A stretch of 64,000 nt of DNA from a virus. Shown here piece after piece: positions 63,844-64,000 of this stretch (position 1 is the stretch's first letter; every line of letters begins with the position of its first letter). The DNA is taken from positions 52,196 through 116,195 of the IMG/VR virus record IMGVR_UViG_3300028840_002524, one strand, 5' to 3'. Made by a program: the position numbers and the translations under genes. The notes under the pieces are model-generated. The model was not told the DNA's origin, did no database searches, and worked only from the letters and a program-made list of their open reading frames with translations.

Positions 63844-64000
63844 GGCCGGGGCCACGGCCTGGGCAGCCCTCAAGGCGTCCCCCATCGGGAAGTACATCAA
63901 GACCGGCGGGGAGGGGTCGGACAAGGTGCCCGGCACGCTGTCCAAGAAGGGCGACTGGATCGCTCCCCTTCTCCTGACCTGGAAGAAACAGCGGGCAAGC
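63575..64000 (+). CDS. Coiled-coil hypothetical protein, runs off the window end
   Basis: Translated by hand: MTIRSAKDS...QLQAQVAQLEQALQ...; RBS AAGGAGG; open to 64000. Confidence 0.6.
   Translation, partial: MTIRSAKDSTPQESKEETSPESGPTYGQLQAQVAQLEQALQTAAQGAAQARTHMQMAEKEAETIKSRVSREKRKILDRVTVLEARLKETEAGATAWAALKASPIGKYIKTGGEGSDKVPGTLSKKGDWIAPLLLTWKKQRAS

Overview
A 64-kb piece of a high-GC tailed dsDNA bacteriophage genome with a contractile (myovirus-type) tail. Essentially all credible genes are on the + strand. Layout: (1) 1-11.8 kb baseplate and tail genes; (2) 11.8-13.5 kb putative lysis cassette; (3) 13.6-30.7 kb DNA replication, repair and recombination (family-4 UDG, Hel308-like helicase, PTP-like phosphatase, initiator with an internal palindromic origin, DnaC-like loader, DnaB, RNase H, primase, gp32-like SSB, PolA, SF2 helicase, RecA); (4) 30.8-32.3 kb lower-GC island with an RlmN/Cfr-like radical SAM gene; (5) 32.3-48.8 kb nucleases, terminase, T4-type portal, HU, RuvC, ParB-like protein and a truncated PPDK; (6) 48.9-60.3 kb array of small genes behind eight near-identical strong promoters, then a tRNA-Leu. 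The most notable observation is a split RlmN-like enzyme: its AACGQL methyl-carrier cysteine is on a separate 39-aa ORF and its resolving cysteine is missing, which suggests a peptide-nucleic acid conjugation system. Other highlights are a 136-nt tRNA-like RNA ending 1 nt before the DNA polymerase start codon, a KKGV lysine-rich tag shared by many DNA-handling proteins, a PPDK lacking its nucleotide-binding domain, and an FN3 domain split across two tail genes. All calls come from reading motifs by eye; no database searches were run.
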